Part shown: positions 18,560-33,925 of the stretch, piece by piece
Numbering within the stretch: the stretch's first letter is position 1
Layout of the letters: each line of letters starts with the position of its first letter
Assembly (NCBI RefSeq): GCF_022539665.2
Contig: NC_081333.1
Span: 9,796,001-9,860,000, forward strand
Length of the DNA: 64,000 nucleotides
Origin: Daphnia carinata
Lineage: Eukaryota
Direction of reading: 5' to 3'
The notes under the pieces: model-generated
Told to the model about the DNA's origin: nothing
The model's input: only the letters and a program-made list of their open reading frames with translations
Database searches by the model: none
Translations under genes and position numbers: made by a program

Positions 18560-21500
18560 GATGGGGGCAATAAGAAAGAAAAAAAAAGACCCACACTCCA
18601 CTTTGCCCCAGTTAACAACTTCTCCGCCTCCCCGACACACTCGATACGACTTCAAGAATCAAATAAAATGGAAATAAAAGCAGAGTGAAAAATGGGCGAG
18701 CTGGAATAAAACACGGCAGAAGGCGACTGGGATCGATACTGTTTCAATCGATCGTTCCAGCGATATCTTTGTATTGCGTTAGAAGGTCCTAGCACTGGCC
18801 CACGGCCTACTTTATTCCAGGTTCTCTTTTAGCTTTCTGTTTCGCCTTTTCCGCTCCAATCACTTTACCCTTTTCGTTGCCAGATTTACTCGCCAACTTG
18901 CTGCTGATGATGAGTGCATGACCGCCTGCACAAGACGCCACCGTGGCTACTTTTCAACACTTACACCCGCCAATGCTCGACGGGGATTGATCTGCTCACA
19001 GACCGTGTCTCATCAACGGACAATCACGCACGAACGGACCGTCGAACTGTACGCCGCGATGCACAATAAAGCTGATTTTCTCGCTTTCGTTCCCATTAAG
19101 TCGCTCGAAATGTGGCAGAATGCAAGCGCAGTCATTTGCAGAAAATGGCAGATGAACGTCAACTATGGTTCTTCATTGGCACGCCACAGTTCACAGTCTG
19201 GACCGATGCCCGTGATTAACACTGTCGCCAACATCCGTTCGGCCCATGCGATTCTATCCAATCCATTCCATGTCCCATTAAGAAGGGCTTCTTTCTTTCT
19301 TCTACTGCCTTCCTGCCCTTCGATGTCTTTTTTTCTTCTTCTTCTTCTTCTTCTTTCAATTGACGTCGAAGTGACGGAATAAAAGGCGTCGTCGTCACCG
19401 GGAACTAAACACTAAAGCGAGCGCGACCGGAGAAGTAGTAGGGCGAGTGCTCGTGGAACTGAAGGGTCGGTAAGATGAAGCAAAAATAAAAAGTGAAGAA
19501 AAAACATGGTCGACGTTCAGAAGGACTTGAATTCCGAAAAAAAAGGAGGAAAGGATATTGGTCGATGTTATGCCCTAAAACGGCCGACTTCGATTGGCTA
19601 CAACAAGTGACGGAGATGATGAGGACCGGGAAAGAAAAAACAACACGACCGCCGCTGACTTGCTTTTAACCCGATCCACGAATCGACCGGAAAATGTTTT
19701 TCTTTAAAGCTCATCCCGCAGGGCGGCGAAGAGACTAACGGGCTCTACAGTTACCAGCTTCTTTTCTCTTTCATTAAAAAGGCTATACTCGTCGTTTATC
19801 AAAGGTCTCTTCTCCACTAATCTTGGCAAAGTATCGGCAAATTATCGGATATAAATAGTACATTCTCTCTAAGATTTTGGAGCCAATCTTTTTACGAAGA
19901 ATGGAACGAAAAGGGTTCACGATTTAGATGAATAAGTAACACAAATCCACGCAGGTGATGAAGGAGAACACGCAAAAGGGCGAGCAAATACACTTTGAAT
20001 AAAATGGTACCCAGCACTGATTTTTAATCACAAAATTGCTGCCGCACACTCAAAGACAACTGCGTCGCCCACTCTGCTGCTGTAGGCCATTATTCTATCA
20101 ATGTTCTACTCGAAGTAAAACGAAAGAGAGTAGCGCTAGATAACTGACAGAGAGTAGCACGTCCGTTCTAGTAGAACTGCCGCTCAGTACTGAGCGCACC
20201 AAATTGGTTGAGGTCGTGAACGATAAAAAAAAACGCAAGGCAACGGGACGGTATGGCTCGAAGCGCGACCCACTGAACCTCTTGCGCTAACCTACCACCC
20301 CTCTTTCTGCCTTACTCAGCAATCTAACTGCTTTTTACTGAGATGCCAGACGTGGTTTCTGTCGAAACCGCTCTCCTTTTGAACCTCTCTTTTTTTCCCC
20401 ACTTGCGAACGGTTGATGTGATCAGTAGTTGACAGTAAGGTTATACTCATCTTATCCGCATTTGCTGGAAGTGGACGCAAACAACAGAGAACTGTCGGAC
20501 AAAGAATTTTCGTTCCCAATGCTACCCGTGCGCCGGCGCCGAAGAGTTGACCCACTAAACCTCTTTGAAAAGTTGACAAAATCTGACGGGTAATAGATAT
20601 ACAGTAGTTCTATACTCTTTGGCCTGGCAATATTACGTTACTTTCCTGGCTGGCCATGTTTCCTTCCGTCGGCGGGTTTGCTTCCATCACTATGGTCGGA
20701 CGAGCGCCAAAACGAAACGTCATTCTCCTTGTCCCAAATTCTATTTGAACTTGGTTTATTTACATTTCATTTGATTTGTAACATGTTGGAAAGACGCGCA
20801 TGATTGAATCGCTTTAAACACGACCGAGTCGCCGCGACAAGTTTTTTACGTATTTCATTTACGTATCTTTTCTTGATAAAAATCAATAACACTCTGCCTT
20901 TCAAAGATGCACAAATTTCACATTCGTTTGGATCTATTTGTTCCGGTTTATTTGTCGCCCTCTTTTAACCCTTCATGTACAAACGTGTTGAATGTCATCA
21001 TCGTCACCAATAATCAATTTGCATATCTCTTACTCTATCCGAACAGTTTTTGTTATTATCCGCAGGTTGTTCCCTTTTCTACTTGCGGTTGCCTAGTCTG
21101 TGACGACGTTGTGTAAGCCATTGCTTTTATCTTTTGGCAGTAGCTGCCAATTAGAAACAAAATGAAAAAATGTTGGCAACACTTTACGCGGTGCGAACGT
21201 CATAAAATGCCGCTATGTTGGCGATGTGAAGACGACAAATTAAAAAGAAAGAAAAAAAAAAAGAACGAAAATATTTCCCGCACTGAAAGTTTTTTTATAA
21301 TGCATTTTCTTAAGCAGTCGAAGGTATTAAAAGCTTGTCTGATCAGCTCTGCGGTCTACCTATTCTATTAAAGAATCGCAGCGCGGTCGCTATGTACTAC
21401 TAATGAAAGTGGAATTGAGCTAAGGGTATGTAGCTCGGGGGGAAATAATCCACAAGAAACTCCAAAAATAACACAATCAACCAGAAAGCGCCTCAAATAA

Positions 21501-23368
21501 GTGGGTTCACATTCCGGACGGCGGCGGAGGAGGAGTATGTTGGATTCACATCGACGCCAATTTTTTTAAGTTGGCCCTTTTGTTTTTTATTTTGTCTCCC
21601 CAGACGAGTGGTATCTCTTTCTTTCTTGGCGACTAAAATTTATTTTTTTCTTTCTGTGACTCCTGTAGAGCGGCAAGCAGGATTTAAAATACAACGGCAA
21701 AAGTTAAAAGAGAAAACGAAGAATGTAATAAAAAAAAAAAAAAAAAAGAACTCTATCCATGACGGCCTATATCGAACGGGGACTGCGTGACTGCCTGACA
21801 TGGACGGGATCAAAAAAAAAAAAAAAAGGGCGCATGACTAGCCTGGAGGACCATATAGAACGTAAGCTCCACCATCTGCTTTTCCTTTATCTTCACGAAC
21901 TCAATTTTCAACTGAGAAGAAGAACGTACTGAGATGTGGGTTAAATGGTACGTATGAATAAATCTATCAAATCGGTCCTCTTGTTTTTTACGTTGTTGTT
22001 TTGTTTTTTTCGCACTTTTTAAAGCCATTTCCTTGTGACGTCGAAACCAGACTGTGCAGTTTGAAAGATGGCATACAATGTTTTCGCTTCCATTAACACT
22101 ATGACGCACAGAGTTGACGTCGCCCACTGTTTTCCTGCTGGTTGTGTTGGGCCGCGTTTGTCGCTTTCCAGCAGTGTCTATCGAAGTGTTTGTCTGAAAA
22201 AACATACTCCTTCGCACGCGACTTGATTTAGACACTGACGAGGGTGGCGGCAAACCGAAAAAACAAGGCCGTCAATTCGGCAACCAACGCAAAACAGGGC
22301 GGACGAAGCGCAACTCGGCGCCAATGGGCCCATCACGACTGACTTGTTGACTATAGACGTAGAGACCAGACGAGCCCTTGAGATGATGAAGTAGAACAAT
22401 GAAACCAAAACCAAATAACACGACCAGAAGTGAAAATAGGTCGGAAGATGTAGCCTACATCAGTTGAAGCGAATTGTTATGTTCTTTCTCGTAGGCGTAA
22501 ACTAAAAGAGGATGACGATATGTTCGAGAACGGAACGTCGCAATTCAAAAACCAAGGGAATAGCAGCTATTAAAAGCATTCATTAGTCGTATTTTTAAGT
22601 TTAACGTCGTTAAAAAATGAATTTTGGCGCATCTACTGTTTGGGGTTAGGTCGACCCGACCGGTAATTGAACGATGCCACAATATTGTACCGTAACTTTG
22701 GGTCACGGGGTTCAGTCTTACATAACGTTACTTCTGCCATCATCCGATTTTTTTATTTCCTCGTAACTTGTACTAAAGAAATGGATCTTGTAGCCGCCGT
22801 CGATATTGGTGGCGAGGAACTTACAACCTTCGTTTGCTAGTATCCACAGAAAGCCATCTAGCGGCCAGCTGCACGAGCAAAATTTTCAATCTCGGCTATT
22901 TTAAAATATTTGTAAACGTAAATTTTCTGCCGTGTAGATTGCAAAGTCAAAACGACCAGCCGAAAGGAGAAATGAGAAGGAGGGCACTAATGACTTGTTT
23001 CTCTCCGTCGTCTGCCGACAGAAGCGCCGCTTGTAGGAATACCCACCTTCCCTTTGTCCAAGGTAAAACAGCTCATTAAAATTAAAGCCGCCTCGGCGTC
23101 AGTTCAATACTACGCCAAGTATGATAATGAGGTCGGTACATTCATTCATCTGGCCTGCCATCCACGCAACCATTCCCGCTTTACTTAAAAACCAGACACT
23201 TCTCGCAAATACATAAATTTAAGAGAACAGCAAGCAAATGAGCAAATCATCTTTCTGTTATTTCGTTGTCCTGTCACCGCAGAACCCTGCGACGTGCAAA
23301 AGGCGTTTCCCCATTCGACAAAACGTAACTAAATAAGGACAATAACAAAGTGAATTTGTGCGACTTAC

Positions 23369-23447
23369 ATCTTTCTTGTGGCGGTAATAAGCTTTCCTCC
23401 GTTTGAGTTTGGTGACTCGTCGCTGCTCCGGTCGTTTCGGACTGTCA
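23369..23447 (-). CDS. PLEKHG5: Internal exon (DSPKRPEQRRVTKLKRRKAYYRHKKD)
   Basis: Polypyrimidine tract plus CAG acceptor, GTAAGT donor, phase 2 to 0. Resembles the basic KLSKKKARRRHTDD segment just before the vertebrate PLEKHG5 RBD (recalled). Confidence 0.85.
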
Positions 23448-24440
23448 CTGAAAAGGCAAAACACATTTGTAAAAAAAAACACAAGAAAAAAACAAAGAAG
23501 AGAGAAAAAAAACGTAAGTATATCGAACAGCGAAGTTAACAGTGCGTCAAACAACAACACGAAAATGCACTATCGTTATTCACATCATAACACAACGAGA
23601 ACGGCGTGACGCCAAAGGATGAAAGAAGATTAATGGCGGCGATGGCCGGCACTGGGATTGAAAAGGCAAAGTCAACAAACAAAATTCACCCACAATAAAA
23701 ACAAAAATAAATAAAAAAAAAGAGAGAGAACGCTTCCCGAGAGGCCATCCAATCATTTTTTTAATGTCGCGTCTTCACGCAGCAAATTTCGGGTATAAAG
23801 TTATAAGGCCACTTGTCCTGATACGCAACGGACCTAATGAAACTTGTAAATCCGGGCCAATGCAAAAGATCACGGCGTCAATAATTTTGATGAGTGTTCA
23901 ATTTTTCTCCCCCCCCCCCCCTTTTTTTTCGCTGACAGCCGCGGCTTCAAGATCCTTGATGAAAATGGATGGTCTTTTCACGCCCACTTATTAAAAAGTG
24001 GTTGAAACTTTCGCGTCAAAAGAGAACGGACGGGCTATTAAAGGCAACTCATTCAAGGTGTTTTTCTTGTGATAGGTTTTGTAGATAATCGTGTGCAAAT
24101 ACGTAATCCACTAGCCTTTTTTTCCCAGTCTCCCCAATTTGCATCAGCCTATTTGTCACTTTTTATAGTTAAAAAAAATATATACATTTTCCTTCTTTTA
24201 TCCTTCAAACTGTGCTAAGGGTTTTTTGTAGGTCTTGTGATTACAAGAGGGTCAGCAAGAAACCAAAAAAAAAAAAAAAAGGTTACCCACTCAAATTGAG
24301 CTTATGCTAATGATCGTTATTATGTTGATGGATTATAAAATGGAAATTCGACTTTGCCGCAAATGTTTTCACAGTTCTGGGAATGTTTTTCTTTAAATTA
24401 GTTTTCCAGAAAACAACAGACATGGCAGGCTGAAAATTAC

Positions 24441-24573
24441 CTTGTGAGGCCACTAATATCTTCCTCGCTGGGTCTCAGTTCCTCGATCTCGGCATCGGAG
24501 TGGAAATTATTTATGGATGGTAAGCTGACGGCCAACGCCAAGGAACCTTTGCTTATCGCCTGGTGTCCAATAC
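24441..24573 (-). CDS. PLEKHG5: Internal exon (IGHQAISKGSLALAVSLPSINNFHSDAEIEELRPSEEDISGLT)
   Basis: CAG acceptor, AG|GTAATT donor, phase 1 to 2, joining 23447 in frame. Confidence 0.75.
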
Positions 24574-26744
24574 CTGCGTATTTAAATGAGAGAGAATGAA
24601 TATATTTATTTGCTTGCGACACACGAATTCACAAAATGCGTCATGAGGAAACAAAAACATTCGGGTTTTTCTGTTTAAATCGTGAGGGTTAGAAGTCGAA
24701 GAAAAAAAAAACAAAAAAAAAACACCATTTTTCCTGGATTGCGGTTGACATGCCGAATGCAACGATGACGAACTGGCGTGTGACCGTATTTTTTTCTTGG
24801 TTTTTAAAACAGCTTAGCACGGTTGAAAGAGACGTCAATTAATGGAATAGGCGTGACAAAAGGTCGCAACCAAACGATAAGGACGAGACGTGCGCCGTTT
24901 TCTAGATCAGGTTCGACAGACCTGCTAAACGGTGCCTTCTGCACCGAATCACGTTCCCACGCACGATCCCCAGCCCTGAAAACATTGCACAACAGTAAAC
25001 AGCACCACGAGGTTTGAACGGTGGCGCAGTCAAGCCTATAACGCCACCCGTCTAGAACGGCCGGAAAAAGGCGAAATCTCGTTGACCGTTCTAGATAATA
25101 GCGTCCCTCCTAACGAGAGCTTAGGTCTTCTTTTAATGAATTTTCCGCGTTTCGGGGATACGCTAACAAAATGGTGTTGCATCCTGATAAGATTTAGCTC
25201 ACAGCGGCTCTTGCCGTCTCCTTTTGTTTTAAAGCAGAGAATAAATCAACAACTGCAACGAATAATAAGGAGGTGAAAAGATAAGACAAAAGAAACAAAA
25301 TAATAGCGTCTCACGTTTTGTTTTTGTTTCCTTCTCTTCCCCGTTTTATTCTGTCCGTGCAGAAGACAAAGCTCATTTGAATTTTTCTTTCCCACTAAGG
25401 CAAACAGTACGCACCGAGCCCTGAGAATACCCATTACGCGACGCACTAAAAACGCAAACTGCTTAGTATTCTTTTTTTTTTCCCCTTTTTTTAATGCTGC
25501 TTTTCTCTTTTGATCCTTCCAGGGCGTAAACTCGTTTTGTTCATCTTCATGCGCCGACAAAAATGAAGAAAGCGCGACGGTGCTAAATATAAACCGAATA
25601 ACAACGACGTCGTCTTCGCTGATGCTGTAAGAAGCCTGATGACTGTGGCAAGTGTATTTCAGGCCACAACCACTTTGTTCTCCTCCCTCTTGAAGCTGTG
25701 CAACAGGTTCAGTAGGCCATCCAGCCACGTCACAACGTGTAGTACCCAACGTACCCAAAGGAGTTATCATAATCACGAAAAGTAAGGACACATACACACG
25801 CAAAAAAAAGATGCTACGAGACCGGAATAGTTAAACGACAAAATTTCCAGCTACTTTACCGATAGGATAAAGACAGAAGAAAGAACGCGTCTGCAAAACT
25901 GGAAAAAGCGAACGACGGAAAAACCTAAACGAGCACGTAATGTAAATTGGGTGCGTAATGTCTCTAGTCCTTCACTATCCCGTTGATTAAAAGAGAGCAG
26001 ACAGTGAACCCCCCTCCCCCAAGAGACAATGGCGAAGTACAGTAGTGAGCTCGACCCAATTTCTCTAGGCGGCCTAGTAATCGTTAACGGAATATCATGA
26101 AAGACACAACGGCATTAAATGCTAAAGCAGAGATTCAGAAATGGCAGGAAGATGGGAGCTCAACAACGGCCTAAACCCAAGCGGATAACGACCGAATTCC
26201 AGTGTGGATTATTTAGTCTTAATTTTGAAACTTGACTTGATAAATCGTGGATGCACTCTTCGTTTTCCTCTTGTCTTTTTTTTTTTTCTCTCCCGTTCGG
26301 TGTCTGCGCAGCTAATGAGAACTAGCGATAGCCGATCGTGAGCAAACGAACGCACGGCACCAGAGCAATCAGTCGTTGAGGTATGTAATCAAACAGCTAT
26401 GTGCCAACAGGGTACCGCTGGGTCTTCGTGTCGTTGTCGACCTCGCCCGCCCACCCTCGTTCTACTTTGCACCAAAAAAGTCCAATCAGTCCCGGCTTTT
26501 TTTTTATAGCTGGGCATTTCACCTATAAAAGGAACAGCTATTCTTTTTTTTTTTTTTTTTTGCTAGATAAAGTAAAGATAGTTCTCTCTTTGTTTTTCTT
26601 TCGTTTTGGTATTGAACGTTGGTTGTCTTCTCAGTAAACTTGGCTCTATTTCTTAGTTAACCGTTTCCGCCTGTCTATAGGCTAGTAGGCTACATGGTCA
26701 CTGTTATTAAGGCGAGCGTAAGAACTGCACTGATGACCACTTAC

Positions 26745-26814
26745 CGTCAGGGTGTGTCTTGTGTGGCGGTGGATTGACTCTGGGCACTTGGTCCTCTGGA
26801 ACAATCGGGAATTC
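26745..26814 (-). CDS. PLEKHG5: Internal exon (EFPIVPEDQVPRVNPPPHKTHPD)
   Basis: TGCAG acceptor, G|GTAAGT donor, phase 0 to 1, joining 24573 in frame. Confidence 0.65.
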
Positions 26815-29800
26815 CTGCATTTAAAGAAAAAATGGGAAACAATTTCATTAGCATTTCATTGTGAAGCTCTGCAACAAGAGAAAGACGAAAAAAAAAACAA
26901 AAAAAAACAGGAGAATTAAAAAAATTACAGCAGCGCAAGAACGATAATGCCTGAGCAAGACGGGCCGCACATCACAGACACGATGACCAAAAAGACTCTT
27001 TTGTCCACTGGGTTTCGACAACCGTTTCCATGTCTGATCGCTTTTTGCTCGCGTATCCAGCAGAGTAGGAACAAACACGTCCGCTAGTTTCATCTTCACG
27101 CCGCAAATAACTACTGAAGAAGACGCTGCAGTGAATGGCCAAATAAACAATAGCTAAAAACGCTTTCGATAGTAGGCACCGCTCAGGGTTATCATGAAAA
27201 ATTCCCTTTCTTTCTCAACACTGTTGCATCTGTTGTTTTTTTTTTCGAGGAAACCTCTATCGATTACGCTGTCCATCCTTTTTGCCACACCTTTTTTTCG
27301 CGAAATTCACGCGGACACGGGTTTCTGTATCAGGTGCCGTTGGCGTTATCGCGCAAACTGTCGAGTGGATGAACATGACATGCAAACCATCACGTTTAAG
27401 AATTTTTCAACATTTCATTATCCGCATAACTACTACGACGAAACTAGCAAGGCGAGCACCTCTTATCGTCGCCGCTCGGCAACTTATCTCGTCGACGACG
27501 GCGACGCCCGGACTGCCGGCAAAAAAGTGCGCACAACAGGATAGGGCGAGGTGCATCATAAACATGTCAAGAAAGGACTGGAAAAAACGAGGAAAACGTA
27601 TGCATTCAGAGCTCACGAATTATCTTTATTAACCACCTAAAGATATTAGAGCAATTAACGGCCTAACGAAATCACGGGGCATCCCGTGGATAGCTAGAGA
27701 AAGATGGAAGAAAGTGAAACTGAAACGGTGGAAACGAACAGGGTAAAAGCGAGCGACAAAGGTAGAAAAACAATTGAATTATGTGGAAAGCAGCGTGAGA
27801 AGGAGAATAAAGGACGGTAGAGCATCACGCAGACACTTGCGATTTGCCAGCAGCCTTTACGAGGCTATAGTCATACGGCAAACTAAAGCCGCCGCTTTCG
27901 TCTCCCTCAACTTTGACTTTCATATTTTCATTTTTCTACAGAAACAAAGTAGGCAAACAAATGACTGACGCGCACAACTGATGAGTTTACCATCTTGGCG
28001 ATCTCTCCGTCGGTAGTGGTGATCGAAAGGACGAGCACGGAGAAACGTGACAAAGCTTTTCTTTTATTCGTTTTTTTTAAGCGTGAACGCGCTCGCCAAA
28101 TTTGAAAAAAAAAAGAAGAAAATTGTCTCTCGTGGGTTTCGCAGTGCTGACATGGCGCAATCTCAACCCACTTGCTTTTTTCGTTAACGTTTTATTTTTT
28201 CATATCACGAATCTGTTCTTTTGATGGCCAATGCTTCCGCCTAATCCGGTCGGAAAGCGTGTCCTCACCCTTTCCTTGCCTTTCATCGATGAATTCAATG
28301 GGAACTTGGAAAATCCCACGTGTACAAGTTGCCCCGTCCATTCTTTCCAACAATAAATTTTAAAAAAGGTATAACGACTGGAAACGTTTAGAAGACCGTA
28401 GTCAGCGACAAATTCCTTCAAGAGATAAGATGCAAATCATTTTTCCGTGTTAAAGCTAATCTATTTCAACACAAGGAGAACACTTAGGCGAACTCTAAGC
28501 TGCCACAAGTGGTGTGTTCAAATAACACGGTACGGGGATTTATTATTATAAATATATCTGACGATCGGACGTGCGATGGCATGGCGAGCGAGCACAATCG
28601 AGAGATTCCACGATAGAAGGGAAGAAAGAAAGCAGAGATAAAGAACTTTCCTTTTCTTGCCGCCTAAGACTTTCAATCATTTTAAAAGCACGAAGGTCAC
28701 ATCATTAAGCGGCTGGGTAAATTAGAATTTTCGAAAGTCTATGAATGAAACAAGGAAGAATGAGAAATCGGAGGGTTGGAGGCGGACCTGATCGTCGTCA
28801 TCGGCGCAGTCGAGAACAAAAATGTGCGGTATGGTCGTGTTGATTAGCCAGCGCGCTCTAGCGATTCCCGGGAACATGTTATCCTCACGATTTATTATGG
28901 AAATCACCAATTCATACAAGCCGCGAATCAGTTTTTCGGAAAAGATAACGCGATGATGTGACGGAATGTGGTGAATAGTGCTGTCTTTTGTGATGCCGAC
29001 TGATAGTAGATCATCAATTCACTTTGTTCACTCACGCCCGTTACCAAGAAAAAGGCTAAGACAAAGAAGTTAATGCACCCGAGTCCCAACTGGAGAGTAC
29101 AGGTGGACAGACAAGTTGAAGAACGACCTGAACAAACTAACGACACACAACTGTAAAAATTTTCGCTAACGTGTTTCGTTTTCTGTCCTTCTTATTCCTT
29201 ACACTGTCGGACAACAACTGATTCTTGGTTGTATTCACATTCTTTTTTATTTCCCACCATTTCTTTGGCTTCTTCTTCGTCTTCCCATTCTTCCTCCACC
29301 TCTTTTGATTCCATTTTTTTTTTGTTTCATGTCCGTTGGTCGCGTTTACGCTGTAAAACCGCCTCAAGGCTGGCCCCGTGGCCCCGCACACACACAATTT
29401 TTGCCCAGTTCCAGTCACGATTGCTGTACCATCTATTCGCGTGCGTGCTACTCCGGAGAGAGGGAGATAGCAAAAGAATAAAAGAAGCAAAGAGAAAGAG
29501 AGAGAGAAAAGAAAAAAGCAAAACAAAAACATGCCGGCATCCGGAGTGCTCGCGTTGTACGTACATCAACCACTTCATCCGCGCTCCACATTTCTTTTCT
29601 TTAAACCAAAAAAAAAAAAAAAGGCTATTGTCGTTCTCCTTACTTATTGTGCGCTGCATTCCGAAAAGAAAAAAAAGACCATACAAATAAGTAGGGAGGC
29701 AGTTCACTAGTTCAGGATAGTTGCTGTAGGCCGCAAAGAGAGGCGGGAAAGTGGCAGGCTCTGAGACATAATGACTGCTGTGAAACGGCCACGAAAATAA

Positions 29801-32800
29801 TAATAAATTGAGGCTGTCGATTGTAATCAGATTCGAGTCGAGAATGGCGCCCCGACATGATAATCGACAGGGCGCAATGTTTTTCTCTTTTTCTCGCCCA
29901 TTTCTTCGACGCTTGATTGAAAGTTGAGAGGCCCGATTAAGACGTGCCCACATCGCAGCCATTTCTCGCGTAGATTTCATGTATCTTTTTTTTTTTTGTT
30001 TTTTTACATAACGCAAAAATTTCGAAACTGTTCAAGTTAACGGGAAAGCGGAGGGACCGGATTCAAGGCTCTTGCGGTAATAAGAATTAATTCCGTTACG
30101 CGACTGTTTTGTTTTTCTTCGCTTGTTTTCTTCTACATTTTTTTGGCATTTCAATTGTATTTATTTTTGCTGGCCAGTTAGCCATCGTAAACTTATTCTA
30201 ATAAGCGAACGTAGGCGGACAGAGCGAATTAGGGCCATTGCCAATGACTTGGTCAGCGGGAGTTCTGCGTTTTCTATAGCACAGTAGGATCTCCAAAGGA
30301 AAAGAAAAAAAAAATAATAAGTTGGCCAAAGATGAAGTGGATTTTCGTGACACGTCAACCTGCTTTTTGAGTCGTGAACGAGCTGTTGAAGAACTGAACT
30401 GCAAAGGTCACGGTCTCGCCATTGCGCATATCATTAAAAGCATTTTGAAACCTTTTTACTATTCGATTCGATTCTTCTTGCTTGAAACCGTCAGTTTTCT
30501 CTTACTCCTCCTTTTTCTTAACAAAGGAAATGAAATAAGACGATGACGGAATCGCTTTTCAATGTAGGACAAGGTGCACCCACCGTCATCATTTCATTTG
30601 CTTATTACCTTTTTTTTTTTTACCCCCATTTTGCAAGAAAAAAAAATTGTTTTTCAAGACACTGCTATGATAAATGAATCTTCTTTCCATAAAAGCAAAT
30701 AGCGGGAAACGTCAAAATTGTTTCACTTGGATGTCAGTCATTTTTGTACTTTTTGTTTCATTGTTTGTTGAAATTCAAGCAATATGGAAGACTACGTATT
30801 GTACTCATGTTGATGGAATAGGGTTAAGCCCCTTCGTTCTCATTTATTTTCTTCACATCAAGGCGTGTCTTTAGGTCGAAACCGGCAACGCTCATCACGC
30901 GACTAGCTGGCGCTTTTGTCTGTATGTAGACAAGAGAGTACGGATCGGCCTTGAGCCTGGAGCTGTACCCGCTTGTCTGCGTGAAAGTAAAGCAACATTG
31001 TTATAAACAAAAAATGGAAGAAAAATAGGCTAATAATACGTGTACATTTTTATTCGTATAGTTATAAACATTCTTATTGCTCTAACAACTTTCTCTATCC
31101 GTAGATCTGTCACTCTGCTTCGCTCTTTCTTTCTCGCTCTTTTGCGCTACTCCCGGGACTCTAGTGACAAGTCGTGACACTGGGGGTGGGTTCCTTGGGT
31201 TCGCTTTCCTTCGGGCAAGACATCTACCGACTTGGTCTATCATTTCCAAAGAAATGCATCCACTGTGTTGATGACTACAATCACGATATTATCGTAATGC
31301 CTCTATAATTAGAAAATAAAAAATAGGCTAAAATCGCACCCATATTTTGCATTTGCATACGATCAATGCCGGTATGTGCACGCCATTATCCTAGCTCTCC
31401 AACACAACCTAATATTTTAAATTTTTCGCCTATTTTTTCCTTTTTTTTTCTTTAATAAGGGCGGCAATCAATCTGTTTCTGCCTCAAAGGACATAGCTCC
31501 CAAACGGGTGCCTCGGTGCGAGGGTCGCGTTGTCAATTTCCCCTTTTGATTTGATTTGAGTTACGTTACGAGCCACGAGCAAAAAAAAAATAAGATAAAA
31601 TAAAATAAGGGGAATGACGTCATTGCGCGGCTCGTGAATTGCTTTGTCGATGTCGTGGTTCCGTGCCGTATACATAACAAGAACGACAAAAGGGTGGCAC
31701 CCGTCAAGAAGAACCTGTTCCCTTCCTAGGGCACACACACACCCTTTTCTGCCATCCCGTAATCGACACCTGGGGAAAAAAAAAAGGAAGGCGACCAACC
31801 CAGTGATGGTCTATTCTACCATATCCCTCTTCTGTTCGTTTTTGTTGCCTGGTTTGGCACAGGCCACCAAATCGATATAAAGGACGTCATCAAAGAGAGA
31901 ATCAGGTTCAAAACGCTTATGCCCGTCTCTAATGGGAATATGCTATAAAAAGTTGGCTCGTGGAAAGAAAAAAAAATGGGTTCGAACGCATTACGTCAGA
32001 CGAACCGTTGTCGCTGAACCTATTGGCCTAAAGTGCTGCGGAACGCATCGATACGCTTCACGACTTGAGTACTAGATCGATGACCGTTCGGTGATGAACG
32101 CAGACGAGCAACGAATCACAAAGGTCCACCAGGGTGCGAAAATCGTACACTAGTAAAGTATACATGTCCGTCGGATGAATGAGAGCTTCCAATTTTCATC
32201 GGTTGTTTATGAAGAAAAACTTGTAATGGACAACAACTGTGTGATTTCATCGATTGTAGACTTGATACGAATAACGATGGAACTATCTGGCATAGTGCCA
32301 AAGATTCCATATTGGAGTTTAAGAAACGATGATTGCTTCTTATTGAATTTCGTGTGTCCAGGTAAAATTTATCGGACGCATCGCATCCAGAAATTTAACA
32401 ATTTCCCTCCAGAAAATGTTTTCTAAACAGTAAATCATTCGCCATTTTTTTTTTTTTTTTGTTGCGCTATTTACTTTGCTTGGACAAGCAGTCACATGCT
32501 CTTTTTCTACACGGTTAGACGCCAAAGTGACGTGCCAAGATTTCCTTTGTCATTCATCCGGTTTCCTAAGGTGTTTGGCGTTTCCTACTCTTCATCTGTA
32601 TTTTCTCACTTGTCTCCGGCGTGACCGGTCGGCCCTTTATATCTGCCCAGTCTGTTTACTTCGTCATTCCTTCACCAACGCCCCCACCTTGGCACTAGCC
32701 GCAGCTGTTTCCTCCCGGTTTCTATTTTGTATTTCACTAAGCAGTAAATCTTTTGACGTCATCGCAAGAAAAATCTAAGCGAAAAAAAAAGATGGGAGAA

Positions 32801-33925
32801 AAATAATAAAGCCTGTGCGTCATGATATCAAACTCGCAAATTTCACCCAACTGAGCGTGGTGGATGAAGAAAAAACAGCCGAAGGATGCGGCTGATTATG
32901 ATAACATTAAGATTTGATGGCGTTCCCATCTCAAATACAATTGACTGATGGGCTTTTTCGGCTCCCAGATTTTTTTTTTATCTACGACAACATGGAGCGT
33001 TAAAAAAAAAATTCATGATTCGATTACACAAGGCCTTTCAGTAGGTCATCCGGATTGCCGGCAGCTATCGTGGATCTACCGTTGATTAAAAAATGGAAAG
33101 TGAAAAAAAAAACGAGATGGACGGTTTCTCTGCGAATGAACAGCATCAGCTCGGGTTTTAAGGGAAAAACAACTTTCTTTTTTTTTTTGCCTTCATCAAA
33201 TTTTTGAAACTGTCTGCTACTGTCAAAGTGAAAGCAACAGTGAAGTGAAAATGGAGAGGAGAGAGAGTGAAAACAAAGAGGCTACTTAGAATTCACGTCG
33301 AAAGCTAACAGCGCTGTCGACTATTGCCGTGTGCAAGATAGCAAGTTAGTATAAAACAAACTCCCAGATTCTAACCATTTTGGTCTGTACGGCCCCAGTC
33401 TTCTTCACTCGATCATCTAATGCCATTGAAGTGCGCAAGTTCTAAAAAAAAAAAAAACACGAACGAGGGACAAGTTTCCAAATTGCCGATCGCCCTAGCT
33501 AACATTCAACCCCGAAACAAATTCATATACTTTTTTGCTTTTCAATAGTTTTGCGGTTTGAGGGAGCATAGCGGTTGTCGTCATGATTTTCACAAAACTA
33601 GTCTAGTTTTTTTTTCCTGTAAGCTGTAGAAACTTCTATAACATCTACCAAAGTTCGTCTCTTTAATTACTTTCCACTGCGTCCTTCCGTTCTTCGTTCC
33701 ATCTTCTGCCTGATGATGACTCAACTCATCCGATTACACGACTTTGGAGAGAAGGCTCCTAGAAAATGTGTGGCACGGACGGATAAGAGAGACGACTACA
33801 AGAAGAGATGGGCGGGGATTGGCGTAGACTAAGGTACGCACTCGCGCACAATTACCGGAGACTTGAAGCGTAATAAGAAAGAGAGAGAGAAAGAGAAAAA
33901 AAAAAAGCAGGGAAACAGGAGAAAC

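Noticed and set aside
28787..28878. Possible extra first exon MFPGIARARWLINTTIPHIFVLDCADDDDQ
   Set aside because: Weak donor (GTCCGC) and short length; cannot be supported without transcripts.
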